DNA from: Candidatus Altimarinota bacterium
GTDB taxonomy: Bacteria; Patescibacteriota; Gracilibacteria; UBA1369
Assembly (NCBI GenBank): GCA_041659405.1
Contig: JBAZYK010000011.1
Location: 30,001-62,000 of the forward strand
Direction: 5' to 3'
DNA length: 32,000 bases
Below, in pieces: positions 19,163 through 27,510 of this stretch. Positions within the stretch are counted from its first letter, which is position 1; every line of letters starts with the position of its first letter. The notes below the pieces were generated by a model. It was not told where the DNA came from and ran no database searches. It saw nothing but the letters and a program-made list of their open reading frames with translations. Position numbers and translations under genes: made by a program.

Positions 19163-20059
19163 TCAATCTTTTTTTACGTGATTTTTGATTAATGCAAGAA
19201 TATTTGGCAATTTTTGTTGAAAAAACAGGCCAAACAACACCAGCAGCAACACAATCAAAATAGTCAAAACAAGGCTGTAAGAAGGGATAAACGCCGGATC
19301 AAAAAGATTCGTGGAAAGATCATGGCTCGTAAGACCTGCCTGGATTCCATCCGTTGGACCGACCACAGCCAACGTAGCCAATGGATCAGAGACATCCGTT
19401 CCCGCCGGCTCAGCCACAACCGAACCATCACCCGCCGGAGCCTCAACCGCAATTTTGGACTGGACATCTTTAGACGGGGAATCCTGCAATTTCTGAGGTT
19501 GAACCACTTGCGCCCCCAACAAAGACACCAAATCAAATTGCCCATCCTGCCAGGAAACCGCACTTAGATCTTTTCTTCCAGCGTCAAAAACACTCAAAAC
19601 CTTACGATCAAAATGGAATAATAGATTTTGATTAAGATCAGACTTGGGCAAACTCAAATAAAAAGAGACAATTTTACCATCCTTAAAAGTTATTACTGAA
19701 CCCTGCTTAAAAGTTAACCCAAAAACAACACGCGCCGGATTTGTTTTAAAAGTTGCCAAACTCAAAACTTTTTCCGGATTATTTAAATCCGCGCTCAATT
19801 CAAACTTTTGATATGCCCAATTTTTCAGAAAGTTAGTAGATTCGCCCGTAAACTCACTCGGATTTTTCGCAGAGAAACCGGTAGTCACAGGCACTTTGTA
19901 CGCAATGGAAATTTCAAACGCAGTTCCAAGGAAATTTTTGGGCAAATCTTTTCCCATGACATCCAAGCGAAAAGGAACCGACTGGGTATCCAAATGACTA
20001 GTCGCCCCGGATTGATTTAATGGCACCAAATCAACATACAAAACAGTGGAGGTATTCAT
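19163..20059 (-). CDS. hypothetical protein with a C-terminal TM anchor and a beta-rich N-terminal domain
   Basis: The start is moved to MNTSTVLYV (20059), because the track N-terminus runs through the structured intergenic element. The C-terminus has SYSLVLTILIVLLLVLFGLFF. No N-terminal signal peptide is evident. Confidence 0.5.
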   Translation of the reverse strand: MNTSTVLYVDLVPLNQSGATSHLDTQSVPFRLDVMGKDLPKNFLGTAFEISIAYKVPVTTGFSAKNPSEFTGESTNFLKNWAYQKFELSADLNNPEKVLSLATFKTNPARVVFGLTFKQGSVITFKDGKIVSFYLSLPKSDLNQNLLFHFDRKVLSVFDAGRKDLSAVSWQDGQFDLVSLLGAQVVQPQKLQDSPSKDVQSKIAVEAPAGDGSVVAEPAGTDVSDPLATLAVVGPTDGIQAGLTSHDLSTNLFDPAFIPSYSLVLTILIVLLLVLFGLFFQQKLPNILALIKNHVKKD

Positions 20060-20153
20060 AAATAATGATTTAAATTTATAATTTTTCAGAAATTTGACCT
20101 TAAACTTATTCGACCACAAAGGTCGGACCACCAACCAATCCCCGCCCCCAAGA

Positions 20154-20226
20154 GGACTTCCCTGCCCGCGCATTCTTGAGTCCGCGCTCTACCGCGCTTT
20201 GACTCACGCACAAAACAGGGAAGTCC
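20154..20226. other. 73-nt nested hairpin element
   Basis: A perfect 11-bp outer stem, ggacttccctg (20154-20164) / cagggaagtcc (20216-20226). Inner pairs are tgagtc/gactca and cgcg/cgcg. Confidence 0.35.
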
Positions 20227-20235
20227 AATCAAGCA

Positions 20236-21813
20236 TCAAGGTTTATACGTTTTAGCGAATTGCGCGCCAATATCGATCAAATCACTTCCATCAATTTGAC
20301 CATCATAAGTTGTGTCCGTAAGGGCATCAAAAGTTTGGTCCGCATCCACTTCACCAAAATGCTTCGCCAGCTTCTCTAAATCACGTCCATCAACCCGATC
20401 AGAACGATCATTGTCACCCGCCAAACCTCTGGTATCTTTTTGGACAATTTCAACCGGCAAACTCACAATTTGGCCATTCAAAGCCAAAACCTGATAATAA
20501 TATTCATGATTTGGCACAATCGAGCCACCCTTTACCACTCCATCCTTATCCACAAAAGTGGTTTGCGCGATTTCACCCAAACTTATCCACTGACTATGCG
20601 CATCTTTTCTCAACACGCGATAACCGGTAGCGCCAACAACCGCATCCCAATTTAATTGCAAACTATATCTGTCTGTCCCTTCAGCCGCTTTCAAATTGGC
20701 AATTGCAGCAATCTGTTTGTCCTTAGGCGTAAAAGTCTGATCGGTAAATTGCGCAGCAGTATCCTGAGTCGGATTTGCCACAAAACTTTTCGCATCAAAA
20801 TGCAAAGTACTCGCAACCCCATTGCCACCTACCACATCAAATTGAACAGTCAAAAGATCGCCACTTCCGGAAACCCCGGTTTTTACCGCATTAGTTCGAG
20901 CTTCCGCCAAAACCAACTTTCCTTCGATTCCATTTTCAAGCGCCGACTGAAATGAAGTTTGAACCTGTCCATTTTGGCTCAAGAAAGGTTTAATCGCCGC
21001 ACTCTTAAAATGCAAAACTGCCGGATCGTAAGTCAAATCAAAACCATAAGCAAAAAGATCCTGCGCATTGGTAATTTTGAAGGTAACATTAAGCAGATCC
21101 CCCACATAAGGAGTTTGTGAATCCAAACTCAATTCTATTTTCTGACCGGAAACCGGATCAATTTTCTGCGCACTATTCACTCTTTTAGGAGTACCAATAA
21201 TTGCGGATCCGGCAGAAGAAGTGTCCCCTGCTCCGGTTGAACTTGCCCAATTGGAAGCCAGATCGCCATTCGTTGCAGAATCAATACGTTCCATGGAAGC
21301 TTTAGTTACCGCACTACCCGCAAACCAGGCTCCGGCAGAACTATTCACCACATCAATTGAACTATCACCGGAATCAAAAAGTTCCAAACTTTGCCCGCTA
21401 TTGGCCAAGGTAATATTAATAATCGCATCCGCCGTAACAGTATTCACAGCCACTTCACGATCTTCAATCAAAAAATATCCATGCGCCGCAATTGTTCCAC
21501 TCAAAATCGTATAGATATAAGCTCCGTGATTATCGTTGATAGACCAGTTTGTAAGATCAACCACCTGATCCGAATTATTATAGAGCTCAATCCACTCATC
21601 CGTAGAAGAATCCGCAGATCCAGCCCAAGCCACTTCATTGATCACAACCGAACCCGGAGTTGCAGCTTTAGCCCTTAACAAAGAGCCCAACCAGCCATCA
21701 GCAAATCCTAAAGAAAAAACAAAAGTCGCTAAAACGGTAATCGCCAATCCTCGCCAAAATCTTCGCGGAGACGCCTCCGCCCGCAATAAACACTTCATGT
21801 GTTTTTGTTTCAT
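20236..21813 (-). CDS. secreted multidomain surface protein: lamin-tail domain, cohesin-like domain, FN3 and dockerin-like C-terminus
   Basis: Signal-like N-terminus. LTD: VVINEVAWAGS..DEWIELYNNSDQVVDLTNWSI. Cohesin-like: LLNVTFKITNAQDLFAYGFDLTYDPAVLHF. FN3: GATGYRVLRK..YYYQVLALN. Two dockerin-type calcium-loop repeats: DNDRSDRVDGRDL and DTTYDGQIDGSDL. Confidence 0.7.
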   Translation of the reverse strand: MKQKHMKCLLRAEASPRRFWRGLAITVLATFVFSLGFADGWLGSLLRAKAATPGSVVINEVAWAGSADSSTDEWIELYNNSDQVVDLTNWSINDNHGAYIYTILSGTIAAHGYFLIEDREVAVNTVTADAIINITLANSGQSLELFDSGDSSIDVVNSSAGAWFAGSAVTKASMERIDSATNGDLASNWASSTGAGDTSSAGSAIIGTPKRVNSAQKIDPVSGQKIELSLDSQTPYVGDLLNVTFKITNAQDLFAYGFDLTYDPAVLHFKSAAIKPFLSQNGQVQTSFQSALENGIEGKLVLAEARTNAVKTGVSGSGDLLTVQFDVVGGNGVASTLHFDAKSFVANPTQDTAAQFTDQTFTPKDKQIAAIANLKAAEGTDRYSLQLNWDAVVGATGYRVLRKDAHSQWISLGEIAQTTFVDKDGVVKGGSIVPNHEYYYQVLALNGQIVSLPVEIVQKDTRGLAGDNDRSDRVDGRDLEKLAKHFGEVDADQTFDALTDTTYDGQIDGSDLIDIGAQFAKTYKP

Positions 21814-21910
21814 AATTTGTTTTTAAGAAATACAAGAAATACTTTCAGCTAAAAGTATCGCCAAAATATCACCATCAAATTAAAAAAATCTAAACCCAAA
21901 GTGAAATAAA

Positions 21911-21951
21911 CTTAAAAACGCGGGACGCCAATGTTATTCAGCAATCCCGCG
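21911..21951 (-). terminator. intrinsic terminator of the 21992..23488 gene
   Basis: On the minus strand, CGCGGGA..(19-nt loop)..TCCCGCG is followed by a T-rich run GTTTTTAAGTTTATTT. Confidence 0.45.
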
Positions 21952-21991
21952 CATTAATTTAAAGCCTGCTTTCAACTATGAGACTCCGGAT

Positions 21992-23488
21992 TTATATTTT
22001 CTTAAAAAACTTTTTAACCTTACCTGCGGCCGCATTTACTTTATCGGCAGCACGCTGGGCTTCCGCCTTGATTCTGCTTGCTTCCGCCTTTACTTTATCG
22101 GCAGCACGTTTAAGTTCAGCCTCAACTTTATTCTTAAAACTTTGCGCCTGACCAGCCACAGTTTTAACCTGTTTTTTAAGCTGATTTTTAGTATTACTCA
22201 CATATCGATTCAATTCATTTTTTGCGCTGTTAATTTCACGTCGCAATTCCGCAACATATCTTTTCGCAACACGCTCTCCTTCGGCTGCAACATCTTCATA
22301 TTCACGCTGCATCTCTTGACCGAATCTATCAATGGTTCCTCCAACTGTTTCATAATAATCGGTAAGTTCCCTTTCAATTTCCTTGCCAATTTTTGAGTCC
22401 TGAGCGCGCTTTAGTTCAGCATTAAAATGTTCATTAGCCCTATTAGCTTCCGCAACAACCTGTTTCTTTTCACGACCAAGTTCCGCGGAAACACGTCCCT
22501 TTAATCGATTAAACTCTTCTTTAACCTGGTTTCCAATACGCTTGGATTCCGCCTTTAAAACATCTTCAAAGCGATCATATTCATTGGCAATTTTTCCGGT
22601 AACAGGTTGAAGATAATTTTTATCAAAACGCTTCAACTCAGCCTGGGTTTTTACCATACAAGAAGGACAAGCGATTGAAACAACCGTATATAACGCAACA
22701 TATTGCGGACCAAGATAACTTTGAGCCATGGCATTTATGATCATACTGCGCAAAGTTGCTTTAATAGTTTTTGAATTTACAGGCTTGGTAAAATCAAATT
22801 CGACGCCCGCAAACGCCGGAACCAATTTAGCAAGCGCCTGATTTGCAAGCTTATTCGCTTCCTGCTTGGCATAATTTTTGAATTCATTTTCAACAGCCGC
22901 TTTAATCGCTTTGGTATTTTTTGGATCCTTAATTAATATTTCGGCAAAATTTCTTACACTTTCCTTACCCAACATATTGATGGCAAATTCTCCGGTATCG
23001 GTGACAGCAGTACTAAAAACTTCACGCATAACTTCCTCCACTTTTATGCCGGAAATGCTGCCGGACAAAACGAATTTACCAAGTTTTTCCGTAGATTTTT
23101 TAACGGTATTGGCGATATCTGTTTCCGGATAAAGTTTCAACAAAGCTTCAGGGACTTCCCGTGACGCATACTCAGCCAATATTTTAGATACGACATCATC
23201 TTTGGATTCTTTGTTTTTCTGAACTTCCAGAGACTTTTTTTCTTCTAAAGATTTCACATTGTCTTCAGGAGCGGACCCTTTTAAAGGCGCTTCCGAAGTT
23301 AAAGGATTATTCGCAATAAGAACATTATGTGAAATTCCGGAAGTTTGAACAGCCGCTTTTGGATAAAACGAACTAAAGAATGAACCAAAAACAGACGCTT
23401 CCAAACTGGAAGCATTTGAGTAAGTGACAAATCCAAACATCGTTAGAGCCGCCACCAAAGTAACCATTTGTTTTTTATGTGTATTCAT
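21992..23488 (-). CDS. secreted coiled-coil / amphipathic-repeat protein
   Basis: 498 aa. Signal peptide MVTLVAALTMFGFVTYSNASS. The C-terminal half has repeated helical K/E/A-rich segments (AELKRA.., KVKAEASRIKAEAQRAADKV). Confidence 0.55.
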   Translation of the reverse strand: MNTHKKQMVTLVAALTMFGFVTYSNASSLEASVFGSFFSSFYPKAAVQTSGISHNVLIANNPLTSEAPLKGSAPEDNVKSLEEKKSLEVQKNKESKDDVVSKILAEYASREVPEALLKLYPETDIANTVKKSTEKLGKFVLSGSISGIKVEEVMREVFSTAVTDTGEFAINMLGKESVRNFAEILIKDPKNTKAIKAAVENEFKNYAKQEANKLANQALAKLVPAFAGVEFDFTKPVNSKTIKATLRSMIINAMAQSYLGPQYVALYTVVSIACPSCMVKTQAELKRFDKNYLQPVTGKIANEYDRFEDVLKAESKRIGNQVKEEFNRLKGRVSAELGREKKQVVAEANRANEHFNAELKRAQDSKIGKEIERELTDYYETVGGTIDRFGQEMQREYEDVAAEGERVAKRYVAELRREINSAKNELNRYVSNTKNQLKKQVKTVAGQAQSFKNKVEAELKRAADKVKAEASRIKAEAQRAADKVNAAAGKVKKFFKKI

Positions 23489-23644
23489 ATGATTTTTGTT
23501 TTAAAAAATAAACACTTCGACATATTATGACACATATCCAGACTTAATGCAAGTGCCAATTCGCAAAAATTAAAAAGCAAAGCCGTAAGACTTAAATGAA
23601 ATTTGCTTTTTGCAATCGCTATGCTAAAATTCGCACACAATTAA

Positions 23645-23919
23645 GCCGCAGTAGCTCAGCCGGTAGAGCGCATCCATGGTAAGAAATTTGCCCATCCCCA
23701 GAGAAATCTCCGGATGAATCCCGAATAACGGTTAAAGGCCTTAAGCAAAAACAAGGTTAAGACCGTGGCCCGCCAAGGCGGGCCCGAACGACTGACAAGG
23801 GTAGCTAAATCCAGAATAGCTGGATATGCTAAAGATACAGTCTAATCCTCAGCAATACATAAAACTGAGGTAACAAATGAAGGATGAGGTCTCGGGTTCG
23901 ATTCCCGACTGTGGCTCCA
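23645..23919 (+). tRNA. tRNA-Thr (anticodon GGU) interrupted by a 199-nt intron; exons 23645-23680 and 23880-23919, CCA encoded
   Basis: The joined exons give gccgcag-ta-gctc-agccggta-gagc-g-catcc-auGGUaa-ggatg-aggtc-tcggg-ttcgatt-cccga-ctgtggc-t-cca. This is a complete cloverleaf and closely resembles E. coli tRNA-Thr(GGU) as I recall it. Confidence 0.85.
23681..23879 (+). ncRNA. group-I-like self-splicing intron inserted between anticodon-loop positions 36 and 37
   Basis: The 5' exon ends in U and the intron ends in G. P1 can form (AUGGU|AA-GAAAU-UUG(C)CCAU) with a U-G pair at the splice site. ACAGUCUAA resembles the conserved P7/R segment (ACAGACUAA). There is a P9-like hairpin cctcag..ctgagg just before the terminal G, and an 8-bp GC hairpin ggcccgcc/ggcgggcc. 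Confidence 0.7.
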
Positions 23920-23923
23920 GAAA

Positions 23924-24505
23924 TTACAAATCAGTTTTAAACCCTATGCTCTGAGAAGATTTGTTTTCGATAGGCTTCGTCAAAGCTTCAATAGTTTTCC
24001 AGACCTTTTTAAATTCGCGATCTGTTTTATTGGCCTGTTTTAACATAAAACTACGTACCTCAGAAAGCTGATCAACTAAGTTTTCATGAGAGGCAAGCGC
24101 ATGACGAAGTCTGACAAAAGCCTTAACAACTTCTATGCTCATTTGAATAGCTCGTTTACTTCTAAGCACGCTGGCTAGCATGACGGTACCGTGTTCAGTG
24201 AACGCAAATGGCATCTTTCTACGGCCTCCACGGTTTGATGTCACAAATTGTGATATCAAATTATCAAACTCTTTGACTGACAGTTGAAACATAAAGTCTT
24301 CGGGGAATCGATCCATGTTTCTATGAACAGCCTGATTGAGAACTCGAGTTTCAACATCGTATAGTTTTGCCAAATCTTCATCCAACATTATTTTCCGCCC
24401 TCGAATCACATAAATTGAATCATCAATAAGCTGAACCGGAATAAGGGCACCAATTTTACTATTTTTCGATTGTTTTTTAATCATGAAATAATTTATAGCA
24501 AACAA
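23924..24505 (-). CDS. ORF6N domain protein (phage/mobile-element associated DNA-binding family)
   Basis: IYVIRGRKIMLDEDLAKLYDVETRVLNQAVHRNMDRFPEDFMFQL..RGGRRKMPFAFTEHGTVMLASVLRSKRAIQMSIEVVKAFVRLR is the typical ORF6N signature. Confidence 0.85.
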   Translation of the reverse strand: MFAINYFMIKKQSKNSKIGALIPVQLIDDSIYVIRGRKIMLDEDLAKLYDVETRVLNQAVHRNMDRFPEDFMFQLSVKEFDNLISQFVTSNRGGRRKMPFAFTEHGTVMLASVLRSKRAIQMSIEVVKAFVRLRHALASHENLVDQLSEVRSFMLKQANKTDREFKKVWKTIEALTKPIENKSSQSIGFKTDL

Positions 24506-24550
24506 ACATTAAATTTTTATAAAAAAAACTTAAAATTTCCCCTCAAATAA

Positions 24551-24586
24551 GTTCAATTCCCATCCAAGATGTGGCTCCAGAAATTA
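24551..24586 (+). repeat. degenerate duplicate of the tRNA-Thr 3' end (att-like direct repeat)
   Basis: tgtggctccagaaatta at 24570-24586 is identical to 23910-23926. gttcaattccc at 24551-24561 matches the T-loop gttcgattccc at 23896-23906. Confidence 0.7.
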
Positions 24587-24589
24587 AAA

Positions 24590-25069
24590 CTACTTCCTCT
24601 TTTCCAAAAGATCCCGGATTTCCGTTAGAAGATGAACCTCTTTGGTTTCCATTGTAAGCATAGGACCAATTTCTTCCGTTTGCTGAACCCCGGATTGAAC
24701 ACTTTGACCAGCTTTTTTGTCTTTTTTCTCCTGCATTTCTTTTAGAGTGTTGAGAATTTTAACCGCAACAAACATTGAAAGCGCGACCAGCACAAAATTA
24801 AAAAGAACCTGAATAAAATTCCCATAATTAACAGAAACCGCACCGGCAAGGACTTTCCCTGCGCTATCCGTTACCTCCGGTTTAAGAATAAATTTAAAAC
24901 TATCAAATTTGATCCCGCCGGTTACATAACCAATTGGCGGCATAATCATGTCGTTCACAAGCGACGAAACAATGCCATTGAAGGCCGTTCCAATCATAAT
25001 ACCAATGGCCATATCAATCACATTGCCCTTGATCGCAAACTTTTTAAATTCGTCCAAAAACTTAAACAT
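24590..25069 (-). CDS. mscL: large-conductance mechanosensitive channel
   Basis: MFKFLDEFKKFAIKGNVIDMAIGIMIGTAFNGIVSSLVNDMIMPPIG is the MscL N-terminal signature, and a second TM helix is present. Confidence 0.9.
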   Translation of the reverse strand: MFKFLDEFKKFAIKGNVIDMAIGIMIGTAFNGIVSSLVNDMIMPPIGYVTGGIKFDSFKFILKPEVTDSAGKVLAGAVSVNYGNFIQVLFNFVLVALSMFVAVKILNTLKEMQEKKDKKAGQSVQSGVQQTEEIGPMLTMETKEVHLLTEIRDLLEKRK

Positions 25070-25120
25070 GCCCCCAGTTTACCCCAACTTCCCATTTTAA
25101 CAATCCCCACAAACTCTAAA

Positions 25121-25294
25121 AAACAGCATGAGCGGAGGAAAGTTTGAGCAAAATACAAAAAGATGAGCGAAAAATTCGAAGCAAAGCGTGGATTTTTGAG
25201 GATTGGGTCTCGTGGGCCCCAACTACAAACAGCATTCGCGGAGGAAAGTTTGAGCAAATTGAGGATTTTTGAATGATGGGTCTCGTGGGCCCCA
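25121..25294. repeat. two-unit tandem repeat in a 580-bp ORF-poor region
   Basis: Unit 1 (25121-25221) and unit 2 (25227-25294) share aaacagcat..gcggaggaaagtttgagcaaa and gatttttga..gggtctcgtgggcccca. Unit 1 carries an extra internal segment of about 35 nt. Confidence 0.7.
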
Positions 25295-25649
25295 GCATGA
25301 AAAAATCCGAATAGTGCGAAAACTTTTCGTAGCGAATACCCTGCCCTTTTGGAAAATACTAAAAAACTTTTCAGGGAAAAGGTTTTTAGATTTAAAAAAA
25401 CTCCATCATGCCGTTGAACCTCAAGGATACTAAACCCCCAGTACCCAGTATGGGTGCCCGCAAACCAACCGCACACGGTTGGATATATTGAGCCCCCTTA
25501 AACAATGCGAAGAGAGAGTATATGGGGTCCTGACGTGCAAAATAGAGTAACCAAAATGTAACAAAAATCAGCCAAAATATCAAGGACTTCCCGGCTTAAA
25601 AAATAGTCAACTAGCCATTGTATCTGGTCAGTCGACAACGCCCCTATTG

Positions 25650-26294
25650 CTAGGTACCCAAAAAAATCACCGATTTAATGAAAATGGCCATAGTGCTGAT
25701 CAAGTACTGCAAAATCGAATATCCTAAATAATGAGCCAACACATATTGGTCAAAAAGCAAAAAAATGATGAAATATAGCATACTCTTCTGTAAATATCGA
25801 TCATACGCAAGCCGGAATCGCTTAGGAATAAGTATTCCGATCATTTTCGAACCATCCAAAGGCGCAAACGGGAAAAAATTAAACACGCACAGGAAAATAT
25901 TCACATCCAAAATAGTAAATAAAAGACGATCCAGCCACATCGGCATCAAAAATGGCAAATATTTTAAAGGCAGCGCCAATACAAACGCTAAAATCAGATT
26001 CGATACAGGGCCGGCAAAAGCCGTTAAAGACGAATCACGCACCGGACGCCGAAAATAATTTAGATTCACCGGAACCGGTTTTCCCCAGCCAAAATGAATC
26101 AAAAAAAGCATGATCGTGCCCATTGGATCCAGGTGCGCCAAAGGGTTTAAAGAAATGCGCCCGGCCAGTTTTGCGGTTGGATCACCCAGATAATAAGCGA
26201 CCATGGCATGTGAACATTCATGGATTGTAACCGCTACCAGAAGCGCAATAATTACATAAGGATCAAACATATTCGGAACAAAATTAAACTTCAA
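25650..26294 (-). CDS. M50 family (site-2 protease-like) membrane metalloprotease
   Basis: HECSHAMVAYYLGD (HExxH inside a TM helix), multiple TM segments, and the second motif region FNFFPFAPLDGSK. Confidence 0.8.
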   Translation of the reverse strand: MKFNFVPNMFDPYVIIALLVAVTIHECSHAMVAYYLGDPTAKLAGRISLNPLAHLDPMGTIMLFLIHFGWGKPVPVNLNYFRRPVRDSSLTAFAGPVSNLILAFVLALPLKYLPFLMPMWLDRLLFTILDVNIFLCVFNFFPFAPLDGSKMIGILIPKRFRLAYDRYLQKSMLYFIIFLLFDQYVLAHYLGYSILQYLISTMAIFIKSVIFLGT

Positions 26295-26416
26295 ACGGGG
26301 TTATCATATCATTAAAATACTGCACTTAACCTTGAAAAAACAATAAATCATGTTAAACTTACGAAGCTCGCGCCAAAAAGCGCTACTTAATCACACCAAT
26401 TACTAATTTAATAATT

Positions 26417-26680
26417 ATGTCTAAAGTTTGCCAACTATCCGGAAAAAGACCACAAACCGGTCACAATGTGAGTCATTCCAACCGCAAGACAATGCGCCGT
26501 TTTCTACCTAACCTGGTCACCAAAAGAATCGTTGACCCGGTAACCAAGAAAACAATTAAAGTTAAAATGTCCGTTCGCGCACAAAGAACATTGTTGAAAA
26601 ATCCAGCTAAATTCAAGAAACAACTCGCAAAATTGGTAGAGAAAAAAGCGATCAGAGCAGCCGGAAAATCATTGGCGTAA
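26417..26680 (+). CDS. rpmB: 50S ribosomal protein L28
   Basis: [33 protein letters not shown] is the L28 N-terminal signature. Confidence 0.9.
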   Translation: MSKVCQLSGKRPQTGHNVSHSNRKTMRRFLPNLVTKRIVDPVTKKTIKVKMSVRAQRTLLKNPAKFKKQLAKLVEKKAIRAAGKSLA

Positions 26681-26695
26681 GCGAATCTTTAATTA

Positions 26696-26785
26696 GGAGA
26701 GATCGCATAGTGGCCGAGTGCGCATGCTTGGAAAGCATGTAACGTCGCAAGGCGTTCGAGGGTTCGAATCCCTCTCTCTCCGCCA
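26696..26785 (+). tRNA. tRNA-Ser (anticodon GGA), long variable arm, CCA encoded
   Basis: Acceptor ggagaga/tctctcc, anticodon stem catgc/gcatg with loop ttGGAaa, long variable arm taacgtcgcaaggcgttc, T arm gaggg-ttcgaat-ccctc. Confidence 0.9.
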
Positions 26786-26964
26786 GACAACATGCGAGAA
26801 ATGCGGTCCGAAATGGAGCGCATCCGAGCTCCGCGAGGATAAGCGTAATGCAGGACTCCGAGTCAAAAATAGCGTGAGTTATTTTTGAACGAGGAGAGCA
26901 TTTCCCTTGTGCAAGAATTGCGAGGTTTGCGTTCCGAACCAAAGATTTAGTACAATCAAGCCAC

Positions 26965-27510
26965 ATGAAAAAAATTTTATTACCACTGCTACTCATTGTT
27001 TTCATTCAAACGGGTTGTGGTAACGGCGGAATTAAAGAAGAAGCCCACACCCAACGACCGGGTGAGTTTAAAAATGGGCAACTGTATGCCACTTTTAAGA
27101 TAGATAATTTCCAGATGAACTATCCCAATTGGCCGAATTTTGATACAAGCAAAGCGGCCGACGCGGACAAATACAAGCTTGCAGTAGCCAATGAAGGCTG
27201 CAGTTTTATTATTAAAGTCTCACCGGTTCCCTCAAACATTTCCTTTAAAGATTATGCCGAGAATGCGCTTCAAGAAGGGACAAAACTATATCCAACAAAG
27301 ATTTTGATCAAAGACGTTAAGGACACTTTTGCCCATTTTGAAGGCGAAATATCAATGAGCAACGTTATCATGAAAAGTGTTACCTACGCCTATTTCACCG
27401 GCAAAAAAGAATCTGTCAGTGTCGGTTTGGTTGCCCGAAAAGACCAATTTGACCAAGGCTGCACGCCAATAATGGATGAAGCGATCAGCAGCGTTAAAGT
27501 GGACTTCTAA
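26965..27510 (+). CDS. putative lipoprotein (181 aa)
   Basis: Signal peptide with lipobox LLLIVFIQTGCGNG. No other motif. Confidence 0.6.
   Translation: MKKILLPLLLIVFIQTGCGNGGIKEEAHTQRPGEFKNGQLYATFKIDNFQMNYPNWPNFDTSKAADADKYKLAVANEGCSFIIKVSPVPSNISFKDYAENALQEGTKLYPTKILIKDVKDTFAHFEGEISMSNVIMKSVTYAYFTGKKESVSVGLVARKDQFDQGCTPIMDEAISSVKVDF

Noticed and set aside
19163-20173. Long N-terminal extensions in the track ORFs 19163..20173, 15231..15737, 16997..19021 and 18927..19139.
   Set aside because: The extensions overlap upstream genes or structured intergenic elements, and internal starts give sensible N-termini. The coordinates were trimmed in the feature list, but the starts remain uncertain.
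15670-23488. Sortase substrates with LPXTG-type sorting signals among the neighbouring surface proteins.
   Set aside because: None of the C-termini I inspected (the 525-, 498-, 336- and 674-aa track ORFs) shows an LPxTG-like motif followed by a TM segment and a basic tail. No sortase-substrate link is claimed.
25121-25294. CRISPR array.
   Set aside because: There are only two repeat units, they differ in length, and there is no regular repeat-spacer periodicity. No cas genes are present in the window.
25018-25583. Track ORFs 25018..25476, 25116..25298 and 25392..25583 (minus strand).
   Set aside because: They overlap each other in different frames and translate the tandem repeat into low-complexity sequence. 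The first overlaps the mscL start. They are treated as non-coding.
25070-25649. Possible RNase P RNA: GGAGGAAAGT (twice) recalls the CR-I GAGGAAAGUCC, and CCCGGCTTA at about 25590 recalls the CR-V ACAGAACCCGGCUUA.
   Set aside because: The segments that should form helix P4 are not complementary (AAGTTTGAGC versus CCCGGCTTA). The CR-I-like block is duplicated as part of a tandem repeat. The ACAGAA preceding CCGGCUUA is absent. Only a covariance-model scan could revive this idea.
26786-26964. Structured 180-nt spacer after tRNA-Ser, with hairpins ggagc/gctcc and tcaaaaata/tatttttga, as a candidate ncRNA or att site.
   Set aside because: The stems are short or AT-rich, there is no repeat partner elsewhere in the window, and it shows no similarity to the attC-like family. 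It is most simply a tRNA terminator plus the lipoprotein promoter region.
26652-27005. 117-aa minus-strand ORF.
   Set aside because: It runs antisense through the entire tRNA-Ser gene and into the L28 and lipoprotein genes, so it is a spurious ORF.
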